From the NCBI RefSeq assembly GCF_009914755.1, contig NC_060925.1: a stretch of DNA of 64,000 bases. One strand, 5' to 3'. The DNA comes from the human T2T-CHM13v2.0 reference genome, Homo sapiens. Both the position numbers and the translations under genes were made by a program. This document shows positions 12,901-28,300 of this stretch, in pieces (the stretch's first letter is position 1; each line of letters starts with the position of its first letter). The notes beneath the pieces were generated by a model. The model saw nothing but the letters and a program-made list of their open reading frames with translations, had not been told where the DNA came from and made no database searches.

Positions 12901-15900
12901 ATCTAATGGAATGGAATGGAATAATCCATGGAATCGAATGCAATCATCATCGAATGGAATCGAATGGAATCATCGAATGGACTCGAATGGAATAATCATT
13001 GAACGGAATCGAATGGAATCATCATCGGATGGAAATGAATGGAATCATCATCGAATGGAATCGAATAGAATTATGGAATGAAATCCAGTGTGATCATCAT
13101 CGAATGGACCCGAATGGAATCATCATCCAATGGAAGCTAATGGAATCAATATCGAATGAATCTAACAGAAACACCATCGAATTGAAATGAATGGAATTAT
13201 CATGAAATTGTAATGGATGGACTCATCATCGAATGGATTCGAATGGAATCATCGAATAAAATTGATTGAAATCATCATCAAATGGAATCAAATGGTATCA
13301 TTGAATGGAATCGAATGAAATCGTCATCAGATGGAAATGAATGGAATCGTCATAGAATGGAATCGAATGGATTCATTGAATGGAATCAGATGGAATCATC
13401 GAATGGACTGGAATGGAATCATTGAATGGACTTGAAAGATATCATTATTGAATGGAATTGAATGGAATCATCGAATGGTCTCGATTGGAATCATTATCAA
13501 ATGGAATCGAATGGAATCACCGAATAGAATCGAATGGAACAATCATCGAATGGACTCAAATGGAATTATCCTCAAATGGAATTGAATGGAATTATCGAAT
13601 GCAATCCCATGGAATTATCGAATGCAATCGAATAGAATCATCGAATGGACTCGAATGGAATCATCGAATGGAATGGAATGGAACAGTCAATGAACACGAT
13701 GGAATCATCATTGAATGGAATCAAATGGAATCATCGAGTGGAATCGAATGGAATTATGATCCAATGGAATCGAATGTAATCATCATCAAATGGAATCAAA
13801 AATAACCATCATCAATTGGTATTGAATGGAATTGTCATCAAGTGGAATTCAAAGGAATCATAATCAAATGGAACCGAATGGAATCCTCATTGAATGGAAA
13901 TGAAAGGGGTCATCATCTAATGGAATCGCATGGAATCATCATCAAATGGAATCGAATGGAATTATCATCAAATGGAATCTAATGGAATCATTGAACAGAA
14001 TTGAATGGAATCATCATCGAATGAATTGAATGCAATCATCGAATGGTCTCGAATGGAATCATCTTCTAATGGAAAGGAATGGAATCATCACATATAATCG
14101 AATGGAATTAACATTGAATGGACTCGAATGGAATCAACATCAAACGGAATCAAGCGGAATTATCGAATGGAATCGAAGAGAATCATCGAATGGACTCGAA
14201 TGGAATCATCTAATGGAATGGAATGGAATAATCCCCGGACTCGAAAGCAATCATCATCGTATAGAATCGAGTGGAATCATCGAATGGACTCGAATGGAAT
14301 AATCATTGAATGGAATCGAATGGAATCATCATCGGATGGATACGAATGGAATCATCATCGAATGGAAATGAAAGGATTCATCATCTAATGGAATTGCATG
14401 GAATCATCATAAAATGGAATCGAATGGAATCAACATCAAATGGAATCAAATGGAATCATTGAACGGAATTGAATGGAATCGTCATCGAATGAATTGAATG
14501 CAATCATCGAATGGTCTCAAATGGAATCATCTTCAAATGGAATGGAATGGAATCATCGCATAGAATCGAATGGAATTATCATGGAATGGAATCGAATGGT
14601 ATCAACATCAAATGGAAAAAAACGGAATTATCGAATGGAATCGAAGAGAATCATCGAACGGACCCGAATGGAATCATCTAATGGAATGGAATGGAATAAT
14701 CCATGGACTCGAATGCAATCATCATCGAATGGAATCGAATGGAATCATCGAATGGACTCGAATGGAATAATCATTGAACGGAATCGAATGGAATCATCAT
14801 CGGATGGAAATGAATGGAATCATCATCGAATGGAATCGAATAGAATTATGGAATGAAATCCAGTGTGATCATCATCGAATGGACCCGAATGGAATCATCA
14901 TCCAACGGAAGCTAATGGAATCAACATCGAATGAATCGAATGGAAACACCATCGAATTGAAACGAATGGAATTATCATGAAATTGAAATGGATGGACTCA
15001 TCATCGAATGGATTCGAATGGAATCATCGAATAAAATTGATTGAAATCATCATCGAATGGAATCGAATGGTATCATTGAATGGAATCGAATGGAATCATC
15101 ATCAGATGGAAATGAATGGAATCGTCATAGAATGGAATCGAATGGATTCATTGAATGGAATCAGATGGAATCATCGAATGGACTGGAATGGAATCATTGA
15201 ATGGACTCGAAAGGGATCATTATTGAATGGAATTGAATGGAATCATCGAATGGTCTCGATTGGAATCATTATCAAATGGAATCGAATGGAATCACCGAAT
15301 AGAATCGAATGGAACAATCATCGAATGGACTCAAATTGAATTATCCTCAAATGGAATCGAATAGTATTATCGAATGCAATCGAATGGAATTATCGAATGC
15401 AATCGAATAGAATCATCGAATGGACTCGAATGGAATCATCGAATGGAATGGAATGGAACAGTCAATGAACTCGAATGGAATCATCATTGAATGGAATCGA
15501 ATGGAATCATCGAGTGGAATCGAATGGAATTATGATCAAATGGAATCGAATGTAATCATCATCAAATGGAATCAAAAATAACCATCATCAATTGGTATTG
15601 AATGGAATTGTCATCAAATGGAATTCAAAGGAATCATCATCAAATGGAACCGAATGGAATCCTCATTGAATGGAAATGAAAGGGGTCATCATCTAATGGA
15701 ATCACATGGAATCATCATCAAATGGAATCGAATGGAATCATCATCAAATGGAATCTGATGGAATCATTGAACAGAATTGAATGGAATCGTCATCGAATGA
15801 ATTGAATGCAATCATCGAATGGTCTCGAATGGAATCGTCTTCTAATGGAAAGGAATGGAATCATCGCATAGAATCGAATGGAATTATCATCGAATGGAAT

Positions 15901-18900
15901 CGAATGGTATCAACATCAAACGGAAAAAAACGGAATTCTCGAATGGAATCGAAGAGAATCTTCGAACGGACCCGAATGGAATCATCTAATGGAATGGAAT
16001 GGAATAACCATGGACTGGAAGGCAATCATCATCGAATGGAATCGAATGGAATCATCGAATGGACTCGAATGGAATAATCATTGAACGGAATCGAATGGAA
16101 TCATCATCGGATGGAAACGAATGGAATCATCATCGAATGGAAATGAAAGGAGTCATCATCTAATGGAATTGAATGGAATCATCATAAAATGGAATCGAAT
16201 GGAATCAACATCAAATGGAATCAAATGGAATCATTGAACGGAATTGAATGGAATCGTCATCGAATGAATTGAATGCAATCATCAAATGGTCTCGAATGGA
16301 ATCATCTTCAAATGGAATGGAATGGAATCATCGCATAGAATCGAATGGAATTATCATCGAATGGAATCGAATGGAATCAACATCAAACGGAAAAAAACGG
16401 AATTATCGAATGGAATAAAAGAGAATCATCGAACGGACACGAATGGAATCATCTAATGGAATGGAATGGAATAATCCATGGACTCGAATGCAATCATCAT
16501 CGAATGGAATCGAATGGAATCATCGAATGGACTCGAATGGAATAATCATTGAACGGAATCGAATGGAATCATCATCGGATGGAAACGAATGGAATCATCA
16601 TCGAATGGAAATGAAACGAGTCATCATCTAATGGAATTGCATGGAATCATCATAAAATGGAATCGAATGGAATCAACATCAAATGGAATCAAATGGAATC
16701 ATTGAACGGAATTGAATGGAATCGTCATCGAATGAATTGAATGCAATCATCGAATGGTCTCGAATGGAATCATCTTCAAATGGAATGGAATGGAATCATC
16801 GCATAGAATCGAATGGAATTATCATCGAATGGAATCGAATGGAATCAACATCAAACGGAAAAAAACGGAATTATCGTATGGAATCGAAGAGAATCATCGA
16901 ATGGACCCGAATGGAATCATCTAATGGAATGGAATGGAATAATCCATGGACTCGAAAGCAATCATCATCGAATGGAATCGAATGGAATCATCGAATGGAC
17001 TCGAATGGAATAATCATTGAACGGAATCGAATGGAATCATCATCGGATGGAAACGAATGGAATCATCATCGAATGGAAATGAAAGGAGTCATCATCTAAT
17101 GGAATTGCATGGAATCATCATAAAATGGATTCGAATGGAATCAACATCAAATGGAATCAAATGGAATCATTAAACGGAATTGAATGGAATCGTCATCGAA
17201 TGAATTGAATGCAATCATCGAATGGTCTCGAATGGAATCATCTTCAAATGGAATGGAATGGAATCATCGCATAGAATCGAATGGAATTATCATCGAATGG
17301 AATCGAATGGAATCAACATCAAACGGAAAAAAACGGAATTATCGTATGGAATCGAAGAGAATCATCGAATGGACCCGAATGGAGTCATCTAATGGAATGG
17401 AATGGAATAATCCATGGACTCGAATGCAATCATCATCGAATGGAATCGAATGGAATCATCGAATGGACTCGAATGGAATAATCATTGAACGGAATCGAAT
17501 GGAATCATCATCGGATGGAAACGAACGGAATCATCATCGAATGGAATCGAATAGAATTATGGAATGAAATCCAGTGTGATCATCATCGAATGGACCCGAA
17601 TGGAATCATCATCCAACGGAAGGTAATGGAATCAACATCGAATGAATCGAATGGAAACACCATCGAATTGAAACGAATGGAATTATCATGAAATTGAAAT
17701 GGATGGACTCATCATCGAATGGATTCGAATGGAATCATCGAATAAAATTGATTGAAATCATCATCAAATGGAATCGAATGGTATCATTGAATGGAATCGA
17801 ATGGAATCATCATCAGATGGAAATGAATGGAATCGTCATAGAATGGAATCGAATGGATTCATTGAATGGAATCAGATGGAATCATCGAATGGACTGGAAT
17901 GGAATCATTGAATGGACTCGAAAGGGATCATTATTGAATGGAATTGAATGGAATCATCGAATGGTCTCGATTGGAATCATTATCAAATGGAATCGAATGG
18001 AATCACCGAATAGAATCGAATGGAACAATCATCGAATGGACTCAAATGGAATTATCCTCAAATGGAATCGAATGGAATTATCGAATGCAATCGAATGGAA
18101 TTATCGAATGCAATCGAATAGAATCATCGAATGGACTCGAATGGAATCATCGAATGGAATGGAATGGAACAGTCAATGAACTCGAATGGAATCATCATTG
18201 AATGGAATCGAATGGAATCATCGAGTGGAATCGAATGGAATTATGATCAAATGGAATCGAATGTAATCATCATCAAATGGAATCAAAAATAACCATCATC
18301 AATTGGTATTGAATGGAATTGTCATCAAATGGAATTCAAAGGAATCATCATCAAATGGAACCGAATGGAATCCTCATTGAATGGAAATGAAAGGGGTCAT
18401 CATCTAATGGAATCACATGGAATCATCATCAAATGGAATCGAATGGAATCATCATCAAATGGAATCTGATGGAATCATTGAACAGAATTGAATGGAATCG
18501 TCATCGAAAGAATTGAATGCAATCATCGAATGGTCTCGAAAGGAATCGTCTTCTAATGGAAAGGAATGGAATCATCGCATAGAATCGAATGGAATTATCA
18601 TCGAATGGAATCGAATGGTATCAACATCAAACGGAAAAAAACGGAATTATCGAATGGAATCGAAGAGAATCTTCGAACGGACCCGAATGGAATCATCTAA
18701 TGGAATGGAATGGAATAACCATGGACTGGAAGGCAATGATCATCGAATGGAATCGAATGGAATCATCGAATGGACTCGAATGGAATAATCATTGAACGGA
18801 ATCGAATGGAATCATCATCGGATGGAAACGAATGGAATCATCATCGAATGGAAATGAAAGGAGTCATCATCTAATGGAAATGAATGGAATCATCATAAAA

Positions 18901-21900
18901 TGGAATCGAATGGATTCAACATCAAATGGAATCAAATGGAATCATTGAACGGAATTGAATGCAATCGTCATCGAATGAATTGAATGCAATCATCAAATGG
19001 TCTCGAATGGAATCATCTTCAAATGGAATGGAATGGAATCATCGCATAGAATCGAATGGAATTATCATCGAATGGAATCGAATGGAATCAACATCAAACG
19101 GAAAAAAACGGAATTATGGAATGGAATAAAAGAGAATCATCGAACGGACACGAATGGAATCATCTAATGGAATGGAATGGAATAATCCATGGAATCGAAT
19201 GCAATCATCATCGAATGGAATCGAATGGAATCATCGAATGGACTCGAATGGAATAATCATTGAACGGAATCGAATGGAATCATCATCGGATGGAAATGAA
19301 TGGAATCATCATCGAATGGAATCGAATAGAATTATGGAATGAAATCCAGTGTGATCATCATCGAATGGACCCGAATGGAATCATCATCCAATGGAAGCTA
19401 ATGGAATCAATATCGAATGAATCTAACAGAAACACCATCGAATTGAAATGAATGGAATTATCATGAAATTGTAATGGATGGACTCATCATCGAATGGATT
19501 CGAATGGAATCATCGAATAAAATTGATTGAAATCATCATCAAATGGAATCAAATGGTATCATTGAATGGAATCGAATGAAATCGTCATCAGATGGAAATG
19601 AATGGAATCGTCATAGAATGGAATCGAATGGATTCATTGAATGGAATCAGATGGAATCATCGAATGGACTGGAATGGAATCATTGAATGGACTTGAAAGA
19701 TATCATTATTGAATGGAATTGAATGGAATCATCGAATGGTCTCGATTGGAATCATTATCAAATGGAATCGAATGGAATCACCGAATAGAATCGAATGGAA
19801 CAATCATCGAATGGACTCAAATGGAATTATCCTCAAATGGAATTGAATGGAATTATCGAATGCAATCCCATGGAATTATCGAATGCAATCGAATAGAATC
19901 ATCGAATGGACTCGAATGGAATCATCGAATGGAATGGAATGGAACAGTCAATGAACACGATGGAATCATCATTGAATGGAATCAAATGGAATCATCGAGT
20001 GGAATCGAATGGAATTATGATCCAATGGAATCGAATGTAATCATCATCAAATGGAATCAAAAATAACCATCATCAATTGGTATTGAATGGAATTGTCATC
20101 AAGTGGAATTCAAAGGAATCATAATCAAATGGAACCGAATGGAATCCTCATTGAATGGAAATGAAAGGGGTCATCATCTAATGGAATCGCATGGAATCAT
20201 CATCAAATGGAATCGAATGGAATTATCATCCAATGGAATCTAATGGAATCATTGAACAGAATTGAATGGAATCATCATCGAATGAATTGAATGCAATCAT
20301 CGAATGGTCTCGAATGGAATCATCTTCTAATGGAAAGGAATGGAATCATCACATATAATCGAATGGAATTAACATTGAATGGACTCGAATGGAATCAACA
20401 TCAAACGGAATCAAGCGGAATTATCGAATGGAATCGAAGAGAATCATCGAATGGACTCGAATGGAATCATCTAATGGAATGGAATGGAATAATCCCCGGA
20501 CTCGAAAGCAATCATCATCGTATAGAATCGAGTGGAATCATCGAATGGACTCGAATGGAATAATCATTGAATGGAATCGAATGGAATCATCATCGGATGG
20601 ATACGAATGGAATCATCATCGAATGGAAATGAAAGGATTCATCATCTAATGGAATTGCATGGAATCATCATAAAATGGAATCGAATGGAATCAACATCAA
20701 ATGGAATCAAATGGAATCATTGAACGGAATTGAATGGAATCGTCATCGAATGAATTGAATGCAATCATCGAATGGTCTCAAATGGAATCATCTTCAAATG
20801 GAATGGAATGGAATCATCGCATAGAATCGAATGGAATTATCATGGAATGGAATCGAATGGTATCAACATCAAATGGAAAAAAACGGAATTATCGAATGGA
20901 ATCGAAGAGAATCATCGAACGGACCCGAATGGAATCATCTAATGGAATGGAATGGAATAATCCATGGACTCGAATGCAATCATCATCGAATGGAATCGAA
21001 TGGAATCATCGAATGGACTCGAATGGAATAATCATTGAACGGAATCGAATAGAATCATCATCGGATGGAAATGAATGGAATCATCATCGAATGGAATCGA
21101 ATAGAATTATGGAATGAAATCCAGTGTGATCATCATCGAATGGACCCGAATGGAATCATCATCCAACGGAAGCTAATGGAATCAACATCGAATGAATCGA
21201 ATGGAAACACCATCGAATTGAAACGAATGGAATTATCATGAAATTGAAATGGATGGACTCATCATCGAATGGATTCGAATGGAATCATCGAATAAAATTG
21301 ATTGAAATCATCATCGAATGGAATCGAATGGTATCATTGAATGGAATCGAATGGAATCATCATCAGATGGAAATGAATGGAATCGTCATAGAATGGAATC
21401 GAATGGATTCATTGAATGGAATCAGATGGAATCATCGAATGGACTGGAATGGAATCATTGAATGGACTCGAAAGGGATCATTATTGAATGGAATTGAATG
21501 GAATCATCGAATGGTCTCGATTGGAATCATTATCAAATGGAATCGAATGGAATCACCGAATAGAATCGAATGGAACAATCATCGAATGGACTCAAATTGA
21601 ATTATCCTCAAATGGAATCGAATAGTATTATCGAATGCAATCGAATGGAATTATCGAATGCAATCGAATAGAATCATCGAATGGACTCGAATGGAATCAT
21701 CGAATGGAATGGAATGGAACAGTCAATGAACTCGAATGGAATCATCATTGAATGGAATCGAATGGAATCATCGAGTGGAATCGAATGGAATTATGATCAA
21801 ATGGAATCGAATGTAATCATCATCAAATGGAATCAAAAATAACCATCATCAATTGGTATTGAATGGAATTGTCATCAAATGGAATTCAAAGGAATCATCA

Positions 21901-24900
21901 TCAAATGGAACCGAATGGAATCCTCATTGAATGGAAATGAAAGGGGTCATCATCTAATGGAATCACATGGAATCATCATCAAATGGAATCGAATGGAATC
22001 ATCATCAAATGGAATCTGATGGAATCATTGAACAGAATTGAATGGAATCGTCATCGAATGAATTGAATGCAATCATCGAATGGTCTCGAATGGAATCGTC
22101 TTCTAATGGAAAGGAATGGAATCATCGCATAGAATCGAATGGAATTATCATCGAATGGAATCGAATGGTATCAACATCAAACGGAAAAAAACGGAATTCT
22201 CGAATGGAATCGAAGAGAATCTTCGAACGGACCCGAATGGAATCATCTAATGGAATGGAATGGAATAACCATGGACTGGAAGGCAATCATCATCGAATGG
22301 AATCGAATGGAATCATCGAATGGACTCGAATGGAATAATCATTGAACGGAATCGAATGGAATCATCATCGGATGGAAACGAATGGAATCATCATCGAATG
22401 GAAATGAAAGGAGTCATCATCTAATGGAATTGAATGGAATCATCATAAAATGGAATCGAATGGAATCAACATCAAATGGAATCAAATGGAATCATTGAAC
22501 GGAATTGAATGGAATCGTCATCGAATGAATTGAATGCAATCATCAAATGGTCTCGAATGGAATCATCTTCAAATGGAATGGAATGGAATCATCGCATAGA
22601 ATCGAATGGAATTATCATCGAATGGAATCGAATGGAATCAACATCAAACGGAAAAAAACGGAATTATCGAATGGAATAAAAGAGAATCATCGAACGGACA
22701 CGAATGGAATCATCTAATGGAATGGAATGGAATAATCCATGGACTCGAATGCAATCATCATCGAATGGAATCGAATGGAATCATCGAATGGACTCGAATG
22801 GAATAATCATTGAACGGAATCGAATGGAATCATCATCGGATGGAAACGAATGGAATCATCATCGAATGGAAATGAAACGAGTCATCATCTAATGGAATTG
22901 CATGGAATCATCATAAAATGGAATCGAATGGAATCAACATCAAATGGAATCAAATGGAATCATTGAACGGAATTGAATGGAATCGTCATCGAATGAATTG
23001 AATGCAATCATCGAATGGTCTCGAATGGAATCATCTTCAAATGGAATGGAATGGAATCATCGCATAGAATCGAATGGAATTATCATCGAATGGAATCGAA
23101 TGGAATCAACATCAAACGGAAAAAAACGGAATTATCGTATGGAATCGAAGAGAATCATCGAATGGACCCGAATGGAATCATCTAATGGAATGGAATGGAA
23201 TAATCCATGGACTCGAAAGCAATCATCATCGAATGGAATCGAATGGAATCATCGAATGGACTCGAATGGAATAATCATTGAACGGAATCGAATGGAATCA
23301 TCATCGGATGGAAACGAATGGAATCATCATCGAATGGAAATGAAAGGAGTCATCATCTAATGGAATTGCATGGAATCATCATAAAATGGATTCGAATGGA
23401 ATCAACATCAAATGGAATCAAATGGAATCATTGAACGGAATTGAATGGAATCGTCATCGAATGAATTGAATGCAATCATCGAATGGTCTCGAATGGAATC
23501 ATCTTCAAATGGAATGGAATGGAATCATCGCATAGAATCGAATGGAATTATCATCGAATTGAATCGAATGGAATCAACATCAAACGGAAAAAAACGGAAT
23601 TATCGTATGGAATCGAAGAGAATCATCGAATGGACCCGAATGGAGTCATCTAATGGAATGGAATGGAATAATCCATGGACTCGAATGCAATCATCATCGA
23701 ATGGAATCGAATGGAATCATCGAATGGACTCGAATGGAATAATCATTGAACGGAATCGAATGGAATCATCATCGGATGGAAACGAACGGAATCATCATCG
23801 AATGGAATTGAATAGAATTATGGAATGAAATCCAGTGTGATCATCATCGAATGGACCCGAATGGAATCATCATCCAACGGAAGCTAATGGAATCAACATC
23901 GAATGAATCGAATGGAAACACCATCGAATTGAAACGAATGGAATTATCATGAAATTGAAATGGATGGACTCATCATCGAATGGATTCGAATGGAATCATC
24001 GAATAAAATTGATTGAAATCATCATCAAATGGAATCGAATGGTATCATTGAATGGAATCGAATGGAATCATCATCAGATGGAAATGAATGGAATCGTCAT
24101 AGAATGGAATCGAATGGATTCATTGAATGGAATCAGATGGAATCATCGAATGGACTGGAATGGAATCATTGAATGGACTCGAAAGGGATCATTATTGAAT
24201 GGAATTGAATGGAATCATCGAATGGTCTCGATTGGAATCATTATCAAATGGAATCGAATGGAATCACCGAATAGAATCGAATGGAACAATCATCGAATGG
24301 ACTCAAATGGAATTATCCTCAAATGGAATCGAATGAAATTATCGAATGCAATCGAATGGAATTATCGAATGCAATCGAATAGAATCATCGAATGGACTCG
24401 AATGGAATCATCGAATGGAATGGAATGGAACAGTCAATGAACTCGAATGGAATCATCATTGAATGGAATCGAATGGAATCATCGAGTGGAATCGAATGGA
24501 ATTATGATCAAATGGAATCGAATGTAATCATCATCAAATGGAATCAAAAATAACCATCATCAATTGGTATTGAATGGAATTGTCATCAAATGGAATTCAA
24601 AGGAATCATCATCAAATGGAACCGAATGGAATCCTCATTGAATGGAAATGAAAGGGGTCATCATCTAATGGAATCACATGGAATCATCATCAAATGGAAT
24701 CGAATGGAATCATCATCAAATGGAATCTGATGGAATCATTGAACAGAATTGAATGGAATCGTCATCGAAAGAATTGAATGCAATCATCGAATGGTCTCGA
24801 AAGGAATCGTCTTCTAATGGAAAGGAATGGAATCATCGCATAGAATCGAATGGAATTATCATCGAATGGAATCGAATGGTATCAACATCAAACGGAAAAA

Positions 24901-25378
24901 AACGGAATTATCGAATGGAATCGAAGAGAATCTTCGAACGGACCCGAATGGAATCATCTAATGGAATGGAATGGAATAACCATGGACTGGAAGGCAATGA
25001 TCATCGAATGGAATCGAATGGAATCATCGAATGGACTCGAATGGAATAATCATTGAACGGAATCGAATGGAATCATCATCGGATGGAAACGAATGGAATC
25101 ATCATCGAATGGAAATGAAAGGAGTCATCATCTAATGGAAATGAATGGAATCATCATAAAATGGAATCGAATGGATTCAACATCAAATGGAATCAAATGG
25201 AATCATTGAACGGAATTGAATGCAATCGTCATCGAATGAATTGAATGCAATCATCAAATGGTCTCGAATGGAATCATCTTCAAATGGAATGGAATGGAAT
25301 CATCGCATAGAATCGAATGGAATTATCATCGAATGGAATCGAATGGAATCAACATCAAACGGAAAAAAACGGAATTAT
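6745..25378 (+). repeat. 6,261-bp higher-order repeat (1,775 + 2,711 + 1,775), about three near-identical copies
   Basis: Constant 6,261 offsets: 6941/13202/19463, 8716/14977/21238, 9520/15781/22042 and 12231/18492/24753. Shared private variants include GAACACGATGG, CTCGAAAGCAATC, AAAGGATTCATC, AATAGTATTATC and GGAATTCTCG. Confidence 0.93.
8716..11426 (+). repeat. 2,711-bp expanded monomer with four ~468-bp modules (also at 14977-17687 and 21238-23948)
   Basis: Marker spacing is 2,711 = 1,775 + 2x468. Equivalent module points are at 9520, 9987, 10455 and 10923. Confidence 0.9.
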
Positions 25379-28300
25379 CGTATGGAATCGAAGAGAATCA
25401 TCGAATGGACCCGAATGGAATCATCTAATGGAATGGAATGGAATAATCCATGGACTCGAATGCAATCATCATCGAATGGAATCGAATGGAATAATCGAAT
25501 GGACTCGAATGGAATAATCATTGAACGGAATCGAATGGAATCATCATCGGATGGAAATGAATGGAATCATCATCGAATGGAATCGGATAGAATTATGGAA
25601 TGAAATCCAGTGTGATCATCATCGAATGGACCCGAATGGAATCATCATCCAACGGAAGCTAATGGAATCAACATCGAATGAATCGAATGGAAACACCATC
25701 GAATTGAAACGAATGGAATTATCATGAAATTGAAATGGATGGACTCATCATCGAATGGATTCGAATGGAATCATCGAATAAAATTGATTGAAATCATCAT
25801 AGAATGTAATCGAATGGTATCATTGAATGGAATCGAATGGAATCATCATCAGATGGAAATTAATGGAATCGTCATAGAATGGAATCGAATGGATTCATTG
25901 AATGGAATCAGATGGAATCATCGAATGGACTGGAATGGAATCATTGAATGGACTCGAAAGGGATCATGATTGAATGGAATTGAATGGAATCATCGAATGG
26001 TCTCGATTGGAATCATTATCAAATGGAAACGAATGGAATCACCGAATAGAATCGAATGGAACAATCATCGAATGGACTCAAATGGAATTATCCTCAAATG
26101 GAATGGAATGGAATTATCGAATGTAATCGAATGGAATTATCGAATGCAATCGAATATAATCATCGAATGGACTCGAAAGGAATCATTGAATGGAATGGAA
26201 TGGAACAGTCAATGAACTCGAATGGAATCATCATTGAATGGAATCGAATGGAATCATCGAGTGGAATCGAATGGAATTATGATCAAATGGAATCGAATGT
26301 AATCATCATCAAATGGAATCAAAAATAACCATCATCAATTGGTATTCAATGGAATTGTCATCAAATGGAATTCAAAGGAATCATCATCAAATGGAACCGA
26401 ATGGAATCCTCATTGAATGGAAATGAAAGGGGTCATCATCTAATGGAATCGCATGGAATCATCATCAAATGGAATCGAATGGAATCATCATCAAATGGAA
26501 TCTGATGGAATCATTGAACAGAATTGAATGGAATCGTCATCGAATGAATTGAATGCAATCATCGAATGGTCTCGAATGGAATCGTCTTCTAATGGAAAGG
26601 AATGGAATCATCGCATAGAATCGAATGGAATTATCATCGAATGGAATCGAATGGTATCAACATCAAACGGAAAAAAACGGAATTATCGAATGGAATCGAA
26701 GAGAATCTTCGAACGGACCCGAATGGAATCATCTAATGGAATGGAATGGAATAATCCATGGACTCGAATGCAATCATCATCGAATGGAATCGAATGGAAT
26801 CATCGAATGGACTCGAATGGAATAATCATTGAACGGAATCGAATGGAATCATCATCGGATGGAAACGAATGGAATCATCATCGAATGGAAATGAAAGGAG
26901 TCATCATCTAATGGAATTGCATGGAATCATCATAAAATGGATTCGAATGGAATCAACATCAAATGGAATCAAATGGAATCATTGAACGGAATTGAATGGA
27001 ATCGTCATCGAATGAATTGAATGCAATCATCGAATGGTCTCGAATGGAATAATCTTCAAATGGAATGGAATGGAATCATCGCATAGAATCGAATGGAATT
27101 ATCATCGAATGGAATCGAATGGAATCAACATCAAACGGAAAAAAACGGAATTATCGTATGGAATCGAAGAGAATCATCGAATGGACCCGAATGGAATCAT
27201 CTAATGGAATGGAATGGAATAATCCATGGACTCGAATGCAATCATCATGGAATGGAATCGAATGGAATCATCGAATGGACTCGAATGGAATAATCATTGA
27301 ACGGAATCGAATGGAATCATCATCGGATGGAAACGAACGGAATCATCATCGAATGGAATCGAATAGAATTATGGAATGAAATCCAGTGTGATCATCATCG
27401 AATGGACCCGGATGGAATCATCATCCAACGGAAGCTAATGGAATCAACATCGAATGAATCGAATGGAAACACCATCGAATTGAAACGAATGGAATTATCA
27501 TGAAATTGAAATGGATGGACTCATCATCGAATGGATTCGAATGGAATCATCGAATAAAATTGATTGAAATCATCTTCAAATGGAATCGAATGGTATCATT
27601 GAATGGAATCGAATGGAATCATCATCAGATGGAAATGAATGGAATCGTCATAGAATGGAATCGAATGGATTCATTGAATGGAATCAGATGGAATCATCGA
27701 ATGGACTGGAATGGAATCATTGAATGGACTCGAAAGGGATCATTATTGAATGGAATTGAATGGAATCATCGAATGGTCTCGATTGGAATCATTATCAAAT
27801 GGAATCGAATGGAATCACCGAATAGAATCGAATGGAACAATCATCGAAGGGACTCAAATGGAATTATCCTCAAATGGAATCGAATGGAATTATCGAATGC
27901 AATCGAATGGAATTATCGAATGCAATCGAATAGAATCATCGAATGGACTCGAATGGAATCATCGAATGGAATGGAATGGAACAGTCAATGAACTCGAATG
28001 GAATCATCATTGAATGGAATCGAATGGAATCATCGAGTGGAATCGAATGGAAATATGATCAAATGGAATCGAATGTAATCATCATCAAATGGAATCAAAA
28101 ATAACCATCATCAATTGGTATTGAATGGAATTGTCATCAAATGGAATTCAAAGGAATCATCATCAAATGGAACCGAATGGAATCCTCATTGAATGGAAAT
28201 GAAAGGGGTCATCATCTAATGGAATCACATGGAATCATCATCAAATGGAATCGAATGGAATCATCATCAAATGGAATCTGATGGAATCATTGAACAGAAT

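Noticed and set aside
6745-25378. 6.26-kb period as evidence for the ~6-kb chr16-type HSat2B unit or an L1 insertion
   Set aside because: It decomposes exactly into 1,775 + 2,711 + 1,775 bp of the same 1.776-kb family, with no non-satellite sequence.
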